From the NCBI GenBank assembly GCA_964598205.1, contig CAZRBB010000004.1, forward strand, positions 71,156-135,155: a stretch of 64,000 nucleotides of DNA, given 5' to 3'. Origin of the DNA: an uncultured Candidatus Saccharibacteria bacterium (GTDB taxonomy: Bacteria; Patescibacteriota; Minisyncoccia; CAIUEV01; JAHKAQ01). A program made the position numbers and the translations under genes. Positions 49,642 through 59,593 of this stretch are shown here, piece by piece. Positions within the stretch are counted from its first letter, which is position 1. Every line of letters begins with the position of its first letter. The notes under the pieces are model-generated. The model saw nothing but the letters and a program-made list of their open reading frames with translations. It was not told the DNA's origin and ran no database searches.

Positions 49642-50483
49642 AAAAACCTTATTTAATTGATTCGCATGTTCATCTTGGTTTTGAGGCTTTTTGTGATGAT
49701 TGGCAAGAAGTTTTAGGCGAAGCCTTGGAAAAGAAAATTTGGGTAGTTAATGTTGGTGCCGGATTTGATACTAGTCGCAAAGCTGTGGAAATAGCGCAAG
49801 GTTATTCAAGCGGGGTTTATGCGGCAGTAGGCACTCACCCAATCCATGTATTAGAAGAAGATTTTAGCCAAGAGATTTTTTGGGACTTGGCAACGAACAA
49901 TGAAAGAGTTGTAGCAATCGGCGAAACTGGTTTGGATTATTTTCATCTTTTAAGTGATCAAGGAAAATTAGCAAAAACTGTTTCACCAAAAAAAGTAAAA
50001 GAAAAACAAAAGAAAGTTTTAAGAGGACATTTGGAATTGGCTAGAATTACGAACAAGCCTTTAATTTTTCATTGTCGTCACTTTAAAAATTGGGATGCGC
50101 ATCTTGATTTTCTAAAAGTGTTAGAAGATTTTTCCATTGAAAGACATGATTTTATTCTAAGAGGAGTAATGCATTGTTACACAGGAAATTTGTCTTTGGC
50201 GCAAGCGTATCTTAAATTGGGACTTTATTTGGGATTTACAGGGATTATTACTTTTTCTTCTGATTTAGAAGAAGTGATCAGGGAGACTCCACTAGAAAGA
50301 ATTCTGGTGGAAACGGATTGCCCTTACTTGTCTCCCGATCCAAAAAGAGGAGAAAGGAATGTACCGATAAATGTTCGTTATGTGGCCAGTAAGATTGCGG
50401 AGATTAAAGGGGTTAGCTTAGAAGAGGTAGCTAAAGTTACTACTAGGAACGCCTTTGATCTGTTTGATTTGGAGAAATACTAA
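49638..50483 (+). CDS. tatD: TatD family hydrolase/DNase
   Basis: DSHVH, AIGETGLDY, HCR, HCY, ETDCPYL. Confidence 0.93.
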   Translation: MKKPYLIDSHVHLGFEAFCDDWQEVLGEALEKKIWVVNVGAGFDTSRKAVEIAQGYSSGVYAAVGTHPIHVLEEDFSQEIFWDLATNNERVVAIGETGLDYFHLLSDQGKLAKTVSPKKVKEKQKKVLRGHLELARITNKPLIFHCRHFKNWDAHLDFLKVLEDFSIERHDFILRGVMHCYTGNLSLAQAYLKLGLYLGFTGIITFSSDLEEVIRETPLERILVETDCPYLSPDPKRGERNVPINVRYVASKIAEIKGVSLEEVAKVTTRNAFDLFDLEKY

Positions 50484-50647
50484 GATTACTCTTACTGGAT
50501 GTAGTTTTTTGAATTTTTGAATTTTATTTGATATGGTGGTTGGGAGGCTAAATTTTAAATAATGAATTTTGAATTTCGATTAAAATTTTAATTACGAATT
50601 ACAAAATTCAATTGAAATTAAAAATTCATAATTAAAAATTTAAAAAT

Positions 50648-51052
50648 ATGTCTAAAAAATCTATTCTAGGAATAGTTGGTGTTTTTGCTTTTGTGGTAAT
50701 GAGTCTTAATTGGCTTTTAAGGTTAAAAGGACAACAAGAAGAAAATGTTGATCTAATGCCGATTGGATTTGATGCTAGCAAAACTTATCTTTTTATTGGT
50801 GAAGGCTGTGGTCATTGCGTGGCAATAGAGAAATTTATTAAAGAAGGAAAAATAGAAGAAAAGGTAGCCATAGAGATACAAGAAGTTTTTGTGAATATTG
50901 AGAATCAAAAGAATTACAAAGCGGCTTTTGGGGAATGTAAAAAGAAGATAGAAGGAATATCGGTTCCTGTGCTTTATCATAAGGGAGCTTGCTTTCAGGG
51001 AGAGGATGAGATAAAAGGAAAGTTGGAGGAATTGGCAGGAATAAAGAAGTAA
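50648..51052 (+). CDS. Membrane-anchored glutaredoxin/thioredoxin-fold protein
   Basis: N-terminal TM, CGHC motif, SVP cis-Pro motif. Confidence 0.7.
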   Translation: MSKKSILGIVGVFAFVVMSLNWLLRLKGQQEENVDLMPIGFDASKTYLFIGEGCGHCVAIEKFIKEGKIEEKVAIEIQEVFVNIENQKNYKAAFGECKKKIEGISVPVLYHKGACFQGEDEIKGKLEELAGIKK

Positions 51053-51073
51053 CGAACTAGGCATTGTGATAAC

Positions 51074-51156
51074 GCCGCGGTGGCGAAATTGGTAGACGCG
51101 CCAGCCTTAGGAGCTGGTGGATTTTTTCCATGAGAGTTCGAGTCTCTCCCGTGGCA
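51074..51156 (+). tRNA. tRNA-Leu (anticodon TAG)
   Basis: Acceptor GCCGCGG/CCGTGGC with discriminator A, anticodon arm CCAGC-CTTAGGA-GCTGG, long variable arm, T-loop GTTCGAGTC. CCA is not encoded. Confidence 0.95.
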
Positions 51157-51275
51157 CTAATAAAAAAAAGAGGTAACTTAAAAATCATTGCGTTTTTTGT
51201 GTTTTGTAAAAATACTTTCTACTCTTTAGTTTAATGTTTTTCAACGAAGAAACCTTAACAGAGGGAGGAAAAGCG

Positions 51276-51719
51276 ATGGCAAAGTCAGCTGTATCACTGT
51301 TAGAAAAAAAAGAAGTACCGATTGTGTACAGGATTGATGGATTGGGAGAAGGACAATGGCGTCCTTGTTTGGGAAGGTTAAAAATTGGTGAAGTTTTTTT
51401 CCGGTGGGAGTTTTCTTTTGTGTTTCCTGTTTGGGAAATAGAAAAAATTGGGCAAGGAGAAATCGTATTCACAGCAAGGGGTCCTAAAAGAGTAATGGAT
51501 GTGGTTGATGTTCGAATATGGCAGGGAGGGGTGAAAATTACCCTTTTGAACGAGGAGCACAATTTTTTTGTGAGCCTACTTGCTCCGCTTTTGCTGGATT
51601 TTTGTCGCGGTAAAGCGAAAATCGATAAAGGTTCCTGCGAGGGCTGTATGTTTTTTTCTGTTTCTCTTAATTTTTGCAAAACCCTGCAAAGACGGTTTGA
51701 TTGTTGCTTTCTAGATTAG
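51276..51719 (+). CDS. Hypothetical protein with a Cys-rich C-terminus
   Basis: Strong SD (GAGGGAGG) before ATG 51276, and a hairpin after the stop. No family recognised. Confidence 0.5.
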   Translation: MAKSAVSLLEKKEVPIVYRIDGLGEGQWRPCLGRLKIGEVFFRWEFSFVFPVWEIEKIGQGEIVFTARGPKRVMDVVDVRIWQGGVKITLLNEEHNFFVSLLAPLLLDFCRGKAKIDKGSCEGCMFFSVSLNFCKTLQRRFDCCFLD

Positions 51720-51835
51720 AATGTATGTGGGGGCCTCTAGCAATTAATTGCTGAAGCCTCCTTTTTCATATTTTTTGTTGAAAAAAAATGACCTCGCTTT
51801 AAACCCAGAAAAAGCGGGGTCAATATTTAATGTAC

Positions 51836-52276
51836 TTAATAATTGTTGTTTTGCTTTCGGCCTTCACAGACTTCCTCAATTTTAGTAGAGGAATTACCAT
51901 TTACCGTGGTGGTAGTGGTAATTTTTCGACAGTTAGTTGATGCCGATTGTTGTCCTGGAGTGGCTGTAACCACTGCCCCACTTTCGTTGTGATAAGTAAC
52001 TGTTTGTCCGGTCATTGCGGCCTTTTCTGCGGCCTTTTTTTCTAAGTAATACTTAGTGCCGTCCACCAACAGCCCTGCCACTCCGCCAATAGCTGCTCCG
52101 TTAACTGCTCCTCTGTAGCGGTTATTGGTATCACCCAAGGCACCAATAGCAGCGCCGGCGGCAGCACCGATTCCAGTAGCGCATCCTGATAAAAGAACAG
52201 CTCCAGCAGAAATGATTGCTAGAGCAAGACAGACGGAAGCAATAATACTTCTTTTTTTACTAATTTTACTAAACAT
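51836..52276 (-). CDS. Glycine-zipper lipoprotein
   Basis: Lipobox LSGC, GAAAGAAIGA...GAAIGGVAG, SD GGGAGG. Confidence 0.8.
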   Translation of the reverse strand: MFSKISKKRSIIASVCLALAIISAGAVLLSGCATGIGAAAGAAIGALGDTNNRYRGAVNGAAIGGVAGLLVDGTKYYLEKKAAEKAAMTGQTVTYHNESGAVVTATPGQQSASTNCRKITTTTTVNGNSSTKIEEVCEGRKQNNNY

Positions 52277-52408
52277 ATTGTGGACCTCCCTCGTTTTTTC
52301 TGTTGATAAAGTGCTGGGTTTAAGTTGCTAGTTTACTCCACCCTCAAAAAATGGCAATCTATGGGTATTATTGGGGGTTTGCTTTTTTATTAAAACCAAA
52401 AAATTAAA

Positions 52409-55400
52409 ATGCAAGATTTTAAAGAGGCGTATCGAGAATTAAATGCCAATCAAAAGCAGGCGGTAGATGCATTGACTGGTCCGGTAATGGTGATTGCTGG
52501 CCCCGGTACTGGGAAAACACAAGTTCTGGCTCTACGAATTGTAAATTTGATTCGGAAAAAAAAGGCCCAGCCAAGCGAAATTTTGGCATTAACTTTTACA
52601 GATTCGGCGGCATCGGCTATGCGCCAGCGAATCAGCGATTTTACTGGGGCGGTGGCTTATGACATTTCTATTACCACCTTCCATGGTTTTTGTAACGGTG
52701 TGATTTTGGAAAACCCAGAACTTTTTCTTTTTGCCAAAGATCTACGACAATTAGATGAATTAGAATCTTTAAAGTTGATTAAGGAAATCCTAAAAAAGGG
52801 AAAGTTTTTGCGGTTAAAAAATTTCTTTGATCCTTATTATTATCAGGAAGATATTTTAAAAAGAATTGGAGAACTTAAAAGGGCTGGATTGGTGGCGGAA
52901 GAATTTACCGTCAAAATCAATCTGATTAAAAAAGAGTTGGAAGCGACTCAAGAAATTAATCCGCGAACCGGCAAGCCCAAGGGAGATTGGCAGAAAGAAT
53001 GGAAAAACTGGGAAAAGCTTTTTGATTTGTCTTTTATTTATCAAAGGTACCAAGATTTATGCCAAAAGCGGGGACTTTATGATTTTAACGACATGATTCT
53101 TTCTGTAACGGAAAAATTAAAGACTGATTTGGGTTTAAAAAGAGAGTATCAGGAAAGATTCAAATATTTCTTAAGTGATGAGTATCAGGATACTAACTTA
53201 TTGCAAAATTCGGTTTTGGAAATTTTGGGTAATCGGGGAAAGAGCGCGGAAATTTTTGTGGTAGGAGATGATGATCAAGCGATTTATGGTTTTCAGGGAG
53301 CAAATTTAGAAAATATTTTGTCTTTTAAGGAACGCCATCCCGGGGCACAAGTAATTCCAATCACGATTAATTATCGGTCCGTTGGAGAAGTCGTGGCTTT
53401 GGCGGAGGCCTTGATTGGCAATAATCAAGAAAGAATTACTGAGCGATTAAACGGAGAGATAGACAAAAAAATAACTGCCAACGCCAAAGAAAACAATCAA
53501 CAAGCGGTTCTTAAATACGAATTTTCTGATGCGGCTACCGAGAATTATTTTTTGGTAGAAAAAATAAAAAAGTTGATTGGGGATGGAATTCCTGCTGCCA
53601 AGATTGCAGTTTTAGTAAGGACTAACAAGCAGGTTTCCATGCTGGCGGATATTTTTATTAAGTCTGGGATTCCGGTGGAAATTTCCGAGGCCAGTTCGAT
53701 CCTAGAAACTAGACCAATTAAAGAGCTACTTCTTCTTTTAGAAGCAGTAGCTAATCCGCTAGCGGATAGTGCTGTTTATGCGGCCATGAGTTTGGAAATT
53801 TGGGAGATTGTTCCAGCCGATTTTTTTAATTTTCATCATTGTTCGCGTTTGGCTAAAAAATCATTAGGGACATTATTTTTATCTTTTAACGATGGTTCGG
53901 CAAAAAAAGAATGGCGTGATTTTTCCAAAATAGAACGATTTTTTTCGGTGATTTTTTTGCTACATAAAGAATCGATTAGGGAACCGGTATTGTTTCTTTT
54001 GGAAAAAGTGCTGAACGAATCCGGAATCCTAGATGCTTATTTAAAAAAGAAAGACATTCGTTCTCTTAATCAACTACAAACCTTTTTTAATTTCACTAAA
54101 AAGTTTAGCAAGAAAGACTCAGAAGCTAAGTTAAAGGCGCTACTTCTAGATTTAAAAATTATTAAAGAAGATCAAATAAAAATCAAAGAGCAAAAACTTT
54201 CTATGGCCGAAGAAGATGTTCGCATAATGACGGTTCATCGGGCCAAGGGATTGGAATTTACGGCAGTTTTTATTCCCCAACTTTATTCTGGCAATTGGGG
54301 AGGGAGAATAGAAAGAGATAATTTAAAAATGCCGTTTCCCAAGTTGCTTGGTTTTATGAGTCGGCATTTTGAATTCAACAAAGAAGAAAGTGAGCGACGA
54401 TTATTTTTTGTAGCGCTGACTCGGGCTCGTCTTCGGCTGTTTCTTTCTCGGGCTTCTTTTCCAAATTCAGATGATCCCGAAAAAGAAAAAACGCCTTCTC
54501 GATTTTTAGAAGAGATTAAAGAAGTACCAATTTTAATTGGTGATTCTGAGCGATACGAAAAAAGTTTTGAAGAAAAAGTAAAGATGGTTTTAAAGACGCC
54601 GAAAGATAATAAGCTTTCTTATTTTCAAAAAGCGGAAGAAAAATTCCTAAAAGAAAGAGTAAAAGAATTATCTCTTAGTCCAACGGGATTAAACTTGTTT
54701 TTAAAATGTCCCCAACGGTATAAATACGAAAAGTTATTGTTAATTCCTAAAACAAAGAGTAAAACTTTGGTACTAGGAACGGCTGTTCATCAGGGGTTGG
54801 AAGACTTTTTTCGTCTTTTTGGTAAGCGGGGAACGGCGGAAAAGTCTGATTTGTTAGAAGGATTTAACAGGGTTTTGGCTAAAGAAATTTTAAATAAGGA
54901 GGATCGAGAATCGGTAAAAGAAGAGGGAGAGAAAATACTTTTTTCGTACTACGAAAATTACAAGGATAATTTAGAAAAGCCATTATGTTTAGAAACACGG
55001 TTTAATAAGGTTTTTTTAGAGGGGGTTTTATTAACTGGCCAGGTAGATAAAATAGAGACAATAATTGGTGGTAAATTAAAATCAGCTAACGGGAATAATA
55101 AACCGTTGGTACGAGTAGTGGATTACAAAACAGGGAAGAGATATACTAAAAATGCGATTTTGGGAAAAACCAAGCTTGGCAATGAAGGCATTTACAGACA
55201 GTTGGTTTTTTATAAACTGCTTTCTGTTTTAGACACCAAGTTTCCTTTTGTAGTAAAAGAAGTACAGGTGGATTTTGTAAAGCCAGACAATAATAAATTT
55301 TACAGAGAGTCATTTGAAATTACCGAAGAAGAAATAAAGAAGTTAGAAATATTAATTAAAGAAGTGATTGGCAAAATTAAACGGCTGGAGTTTTCAAAAA

Positions 55401-55465
55401 CAACAGATCAAAAAGAGTGTGAGTTTTGCGATAATCGAAATTTTTGTGAAATTTGGGAAAAATGA
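52409..55465 (+). CDS. UvrD/PcrA-family helicase fused to a C-terminal PD-(D/E)XK nuclease (AddA/AdnA-like)
   Basis: AGPGTGKT, DEYQD, VGDDDQAIY, MTVHRAKGLEF. C-terminal GQVDKI...VDYKTG...QL.FY plus Cys residues. Confidence 0.92.
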   Translation: MQDFKEAYRELNANQKQAVDALTGPVMVIAGPGTGKTQVLALRIVNLIRKKKAQPSEILALTFTDSAASAMRQRISDFTGAVAYDISITTFHGFCNGVILENPELFLFAKDLRQLDELESLKLIKEILKKGKFLRLKNFFDPYYYQEDILKRIGELKRAGLVAEEFTVKINLIKKELEATQEINPRTGKPKGDWQKEWKNWEKLFDLSFIYQRYQDLCQKRGLYDFNDMILSVTEKLKTDLGLKREYQERFKYFLSDEYQDTNLLQNSVLEILGNRGKSAEIFVVGDDDQAIYGFQGANLENILSFKERHPGAQVIPITINYRSVGEVVALAEALIGNNQERITERLNGEIDKKITANAKENNQQAVLKYEFSDAATENYFLVEKIKKLIGDGIPAAKIAVLVRTNKQVSMLADIFIKSGIPVEISEASSILETRPIKELLLLLEAVANPLADSAVYAAMSLEIWEIVPADFFNFHHCSRLAKKSLGTLFLSFNDGSAKKEWRDFSKIERFFSVIFLLHKESIREPVLFLLEKVLNESGILDAYLKKKDIRSLNQLQTFFNFTKKFSKKDSEAKLKALLLDLKIIKEDQIKIKEQKLSMAEEDVRIMTVHRAKGLEFTAVFIPQLYSGNWGGRIERDNLKMPFPKLLGFMSRHFEFNKEESERRLFFVALTRARLRLFLSRASFPNSDDPEKEKTPSRFLEEIKEVPILIGDSERYEKSFEEKVKMVLKTPKDNKLSYFQKAEEKFLKERVKELSLSPTGLNLFLKCPQRYKYEKLLLIPKTKSKTLVLGTAVHQGLEDFFRLFGKRGTAEKSDLLEGFNRVLAKEILNKEDRESVKEEGEKILFSYYENYKDNLEKPLCLETRFNKVFLEGVLLTGQVDKIETIIGGKLKSANGNNKPLVRVVDYKTGKRYTKNAILGKTKLGNEGIYRQLVFYKLLSVLDTKFPFVVKEVQVDFVKPDNNKFYRESFEITEEEIKKLEILIKEVIGKIKRLEFSKTTDQKECEFCDNRNFCEIWEK

Positions 55466-56820
55466 AGAAATCAAAAGATTCATTAGAAGATTTGCCTCTT
55501 TTTAGGGCAAGCAACAAGGAAGACAACGAATTGGCCGAAGGAGTATTAAAAGAGCAAAAGCAAAAAGAAGAGGCGTTAATTGCCGAAGTTAACGCCGGTG
55601 TTTTTAGTGTTTCTGATTTTCTTGATTTTACCAACAGTCGATTAAAAGAGGCAGAGTACCGAGTTAAAGGGGAGGTCGGTCAGCTTCAAGAGCGATCCAG
55701 TTATGTTTTTTTCTCGCTAAAAGACAAAGAAGACGAAAGCGTGCTGCGCTGTTTTGCTTGGCAACGAACGCTAAAATTTTGCGGAGTGCAATTAAAAGAG
55801 GGAACGGAAGTAATTGTTTCTGGCTATTCGGAAGTTTATAAAAGAACAGGGAGTTTGAGTTTTCAGGTAAAAACAGTGGAGTTGGTGGGGGAGGGCGTTC
55901 TAAAAAAAGCGTTCGAAGAGTTAAAAGAGAAGCTTCAAAAAGAAGGTCTTTTTGCCGAAGAAGTAAAAAAGCCGTTGCCTTTTTATCCTAAAACTATTGG
56001 ACTGATTACTTCTCGTCATGGTGAGGCGATCAATGATTTTAACGCTAACTTAGGAAGTTTTGGTTTTAAGATAAAGTTTATTGATTGTCGGGTAGAGGGG
56101 CAGCGAGCGGTTTTTGATTTAATAGCGGCTTTAAAATCGTTTGGTCGGAGTAAAAATCGCCCCGATGTTTTGGCGTTGGTTAGAGGCGGTGGCAGTTGGG
56201 AAAGTTTGCAGGCATTTAATAATGAAGAACTAGCTAGAGAGATTCATCGATCGTCGATTCCGATTATTTCTGGGGTTGGTCACGAGGGAGATGTTACCAT
56301 TGCCGATTTGGCGGCAGATTTTCGGGCCTCTACTCCCACTGGTGCTGCTAAAAGAATTGGCGAGGAATGGCGAAAGGCGCGCGAAGAATTGAACAATCGA
56401 GAAAGAGATATTTTTTCTGGTTTTCCTCGTTTTTTAGAAAACCAGCGCTTGGTCCTGGAACGGTCTTCTAGTCAAATTCTTTTGGGTTTTGGTGTGATTC
56501 CGGAGCTTTTGCGAAAGTGGGAAGTTGGAATTAAAAATGGTTTTTCTAGAATTGAATTTTCACTAGAAAAAGAAAGAGGTTTTTTAGAAGAAACCAAAGA
56601 GGGGATTAGGCGAGATTTTTTGCGGGGTTTTTTGGCCAACCGTTCATTAATTGATAGTTGGGAAAAGACGATTGTGGCTGGTGATCCAGAGAATCAATTG
56701 CGTTTAGGTTATAGTTTGGCTTATCAGAACGGCAATCTCTTAAAGAGTGCCAAGATGGTGGTTCCCGCAAAAGAACTGGAAATTAAATTTTCTGATGGCA
56801 AAATTGTGGCTATGCCTTAA
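55462..56820 (+). CDS. xseA: Exodeoxyribonuclease VII large subunit
   Basis: RGGGS.E.L..FN, SGVGHE.D.TIADLAAD.RASTPT. ATGA overlap with the helicase stop. Confidence 0.95.
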   Translation: MKKSKDSLEDLPLFRASNKEDNELAEGVLKEQKQKEEALIAEVNAGVFSVSDFLDFTNSRLKEAEYRVKGEVGQLQERSSYVFFSLKDKEDESVLRCFAWQRTLKFCGVQLKEGTEVIVSGYSEVYKRTGSLSFQVKTVELVGEGVLKKAFEELKEKLQKEGLFAEEVKKPLPFYPKTIGLITSRHGEAINDFNANLGSFGFKIKFIDCRVEGQRAVFDLIAALKSFGRSKNRPDVLALVRGGGSWESLQAFNNEELAREIHRSSIPIISGVGHEGDVTIADLAADFRASTPTGAAKRIGEEWRKAREELNNRERDIFSGFPRFLENQRLVLERSSSQILLGFGVIPELLRKWEVGIKNGFSRIEFSLEKERGFLEETKEGIRRDFLRGFLANRSLIDSWEKTIVAGDPENQLRLGYSLAYQNGNLLKSAKMVVPAKELEIKFSDGKIVAMP

Positions 56821-56886
56821 AATTAAGAATGCAGTTGTGTATTTTTCTAAAAGAATTAAATTAGAAGGTAATCAGTAATTTTTTTT

Positions 56887-57111
56887 ATGTCTTCTGCTAA
56901 AAAAGCTTCTGCTAAAAAAAACAAACCAAGCCTAAGTGGTGATTTGGAAAAATTAAAAGAAATTTCCGATTGGTTTTCGTTGCGTTCGGAAATTGATGTA
57001 GAGGAGGGAATTAAAAAAGTGAGAGAAGGAGCAGTTTTGATTAAGAGTTCTCGGGAAAGATTAAAAGAAATTGAAAACGAATTTGAAGAGTTAAAAAAAG
57101 AGCTAGATTAG
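56887..57111 (+). CDS. xseB: Exodeoxyribonuclease VII small subunit
   Basis: 74-aa helical protein with the L..I...IDVEEG....EG..L pattern, directly after xseA. Confidence 0.8.
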   Translation: MSSAKKASAKKNKPSLSGDLEKLKEISDWFSLRSEIDVEEGIKKVREGAVLIKSSRERLKEIENEFEELKKELD

Positions 57112-57143
57112 TTCTGCTTTTTAGACTTCTAAAACTTTACACT

Positions 57144-57185
57144 AAAACAGGTCTTTTTATTGGGGCCTGTTTTATTTTTTATTTA
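57144..57185 (+). terminator. Rho-independent terminator after xseB
   Basis: AAAACAGGTC...GGCCTGTTTT stem followed by a T-rich tract. Confidence 0.55.
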
Positions 57186-57262
57186 TCTTTTTTTTCCTTT
57201 TAATTTAGAGCTCTCGCCTTAAATTAAAGAAGCTCTAATTAAAAAGAAAGGAGGTGAAGAAC

Positions 57263-57961
57263 ATGAATCAATCAATAACGGCTAATAGATTAAGTTTTGG
57301 TGGATCTTTTTTGGGTCGGCTGGTGGCCAGGCGTCCTTTGTTCCAAAAGAAGAGAAAGTTACTTTTAATTTTGATTTTTTGTTTTGTGCTGGGTTCTTTT
57401 TTAGCGGCTTACGCTTATTTTTCTTTTAATAATCGGCAAGAGGGGAACAAAATTAAAATGGCTAATTTAAGCTTGGGACTGGCCGGAGAAAATGGTTCAG
57501 AAATTTTACCGCTAGATTTAAATAATATTTTTCCCGGATGGAATTACGACATGAAGGGAGAAGTTACCAATCAGGGCGGAGAAAATTTGATTTTTAGAAT
57601 TCAATTAGAAGAAACCAACAATCAATTTTCGGCTATTGCTAAAACTACGCTCTATACCTTAGAGGTGAAGGATCAGGCAGAAAATATTGTTTACACCAAA
57701 AGTGGGTATTTAGAAAATTTGAACCAAGAAAATCAAGCAATGAATGTTGCCATAGAAGAATCAGGCAAGAAAAAATACTCCTTGCGTCTAAGTATTCCCC
57801 AAGATATGGACGATTTTACTACGCCAGAAAACGAAGAAGACAATCAATACCAAGGAATGACTTCGGAATTTGATTTGGCGATTCAATCAACACAGGCAGC
57901 CAACAGCAATTGGGAAGGGTTCCCCGAAAAAGAAGTTCTAGGTCCTCCTGCTCAAAGTTAA
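57263..57961 (+). CDS. TasA/camelysin-like protein (SipW-type signal peptide)
   Basis: TM ending AYAYFS...N.I.MANL.L, NIFPG, V.N.G, N.YQG....D....TQ. SD AGGAGGT before ATG 57263. Confidence 0.65.
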   Translation: MNQSITANRLSFGGSFLGRLVARRPLFQKKRKLLLILIFCFVLGSFLAAYAYFSFNNRQEGNKIKMANLSLGLAGENGSEILPLDLNNIFPGWNYDMKGEVTNQGGENLIFRIQLEETNNQFSAIAKTTLYTLEVKDQAENIVYTKSGYLENLNQENQAMNVAIEESGKKKYSLRLSIPQDMDDFTTPENEEDNQYQGMTSEFDLAIQSTQAANSNWEGFPEKEVLGPPAQS

Positions 57962-58024
57962 TTTTAAATTAAGAAGGGGGAGTGCTCCTAGGATACTAGG
58001 GCATTCCCCCAAAAAGAATTATTT

Positions 58025-59311
58025 ATGTTGTTTAAATCATTGAAAATATTTTTGACTATTTTTTTCGTGATATTATTTTCCTTTTTTTCTGAGTCATCGG
58101 TTAAGGCCTTTTTTTCTTATAGGCAAATTTTAGGAGGAAACAAGGTTAGCTTAGGTGATTGGGAGGCTCCGCAATTATCTTTTGTTGAATTGCCAAATGA
58201 AAGCAAGGCGAGTCTATATTTGCGGTTTAAGTTGAAATCTTGGGACAATCAATCATCTATTGGAGGGATTGAATTTACGCTTTATTCAGGAGAAAAGGGG
58301 AGTACTGATTCTGATTGGGTAAAAACTTTTCGGTCAACCGATTGTGATTCCGGGACTTGTTCTAAAAAAGAAGAATTTTTTTCCTTGGATCTTGATTTGG
58401 ATTTTATAGACAATCCTAATCATCGACTTTGTTTAGTGGATACTGCTTGGTGTACTGGTAAACCTTTGCCACTGGGAAATTATTATTTAGAAATCAAAAC
58501 CTTCGATCAAAGCTCTACTGTGAATCTTTTAGGGAATATGAGTGATCCTTTGTTTTTTTCTGTAGAAAAGACAGCACCAAAGGTGGTTTGTCTTTCTTCT
58601 GGTTTTTATCTAAGGGTGGCGGCAGGGGAGCCGGTTAGTTTTCCTAGTGTTAGTTGCGAAGGGGAAGCACCGCTAGTAGAAATCCGCTGGGATCTAGACG
58701 CTCAAAATGGAGTTAGTTGGGAGCATCCGGATTTTTATGGAGAAATGCCAATTTGGCAAGAAGGCTATCTTGTTCCGGGGAGCTATCAGGCTTCTGTTTG
58801 GGGAAAAAATAATGCTGGAGAAATTGAGATAAAAATTTTTGAGGTAGATGTTTCTAATCCCCTACTGGCTTACCAGTCCCTCCTAATCAATGAGTTTTTA
58901 CCTAATCCGGTAGGAGATGATAATGCGCCTCTTCCTTTGGGAGAATGGGTGGAAATTTTTAATCCAGGAAGATCAGCGGTAGATCTTTTGGGATTTGTTA
59001 TTTACGATGCTTACAATGCGCACGAATTGCCGATCAGTGCTGCAAATATTGAAGGTGGAGAAACAATAATTTATCCCCAAGGATATAAAGTAATTTATCG
59101 TGCCGGTTCCCCGATTTTTTCCTTGAACAATCAAGGACCAGAAAAGGTTCGTCTCTTTGCGGGATTTATAGAAAATTCTGCGCCATTATTAGATCAAGTC
59201 AGCTATGATTCTTCTTTTTTGGAAGAAATTTCTTATTCGCGTTTTCCAGACGGGGCTATTAATTTTTTAATGACTAGTAGTCCTACTAAGGGAACAGCAA
59301 ACCAACAATAG
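58025..59311 (+). CDS. Secreted lamin-tail-domain protein with a SipW-type N-terminus
   Basis: VKAFFS......N....GDW, LINEFLPNP.G.D...EWVEIFN, SYSRFPDG...SPTKG..N. Confidence 0.7.
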   Translation: MLFKSLKIFLTIFFVILFSFFSESSVKAFFSYRQILGGNKVSLGDWEAPQLSFVELPNESKASLYLRFKLKSWDNQSSIGGIEFTLYSGEKGSTDSDWVKTFRSTDCDSGTCSKKEEFFSLDLDLDFIDNPNHRLCLVDTAWCTGKPLPLGNYYLEIKTFDQSSTVNLLGNMSDPLFFSVEKTAPKVVCLSSGFYLRVAAGEPVSFPSVSCEGEAPLVEIRWDLDAQNGVSWEHPDFYGEMPIWQEGYLVPGSYQASVWGKNNAGEIEIKIFEVDVSNPLLAYQSLLINEFLPNPVGDDNAPLPLGEWVEIFNPGRSAVDLLGFVIYDAYNAHELPISAANIEGGETIIYPQGYKVIYRAGSPIFSLNNQGPEKVRLFAGFIENSAPLLDQVSYDSSFLEEISYSRFPDGAINFLMTSSPTKGTANQQ

Positions 59312-59440
59312 GACTTGCATGATTGAGCACATTTCTTCATTAAAACCTGCGTCGCTCGTTCACCGTAATTTGATTACGCCCCGCCTCTGGGCGGCGGGCA
59401 TGCTCACTCGCTTACTCGGTTTTGCCTCGAACCGTGCTCA

Positions 59441-59476
59441 ATCAAAAAACCCCTGTCGTTGCAGGGGGTTTTTGAT
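59441..59476. terminator. Bidirectional terminator-like hairpin
   Basis: ATCAAAAAACCCCTG...CAGGGGGTTTTTGAT between convergent genes. Confidence 0.65.
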
Positions 59477-59593
59477 TATCAAAAGTTTTCGTTGAAACTA
59501 GAAAGCGATATGAAAAAAAGGACTTGCTAATCTCATATGGTTTCGGAAACTTTTATTTTTCACAAACATTTTTCCATTTTCAACGCCTCCTAA

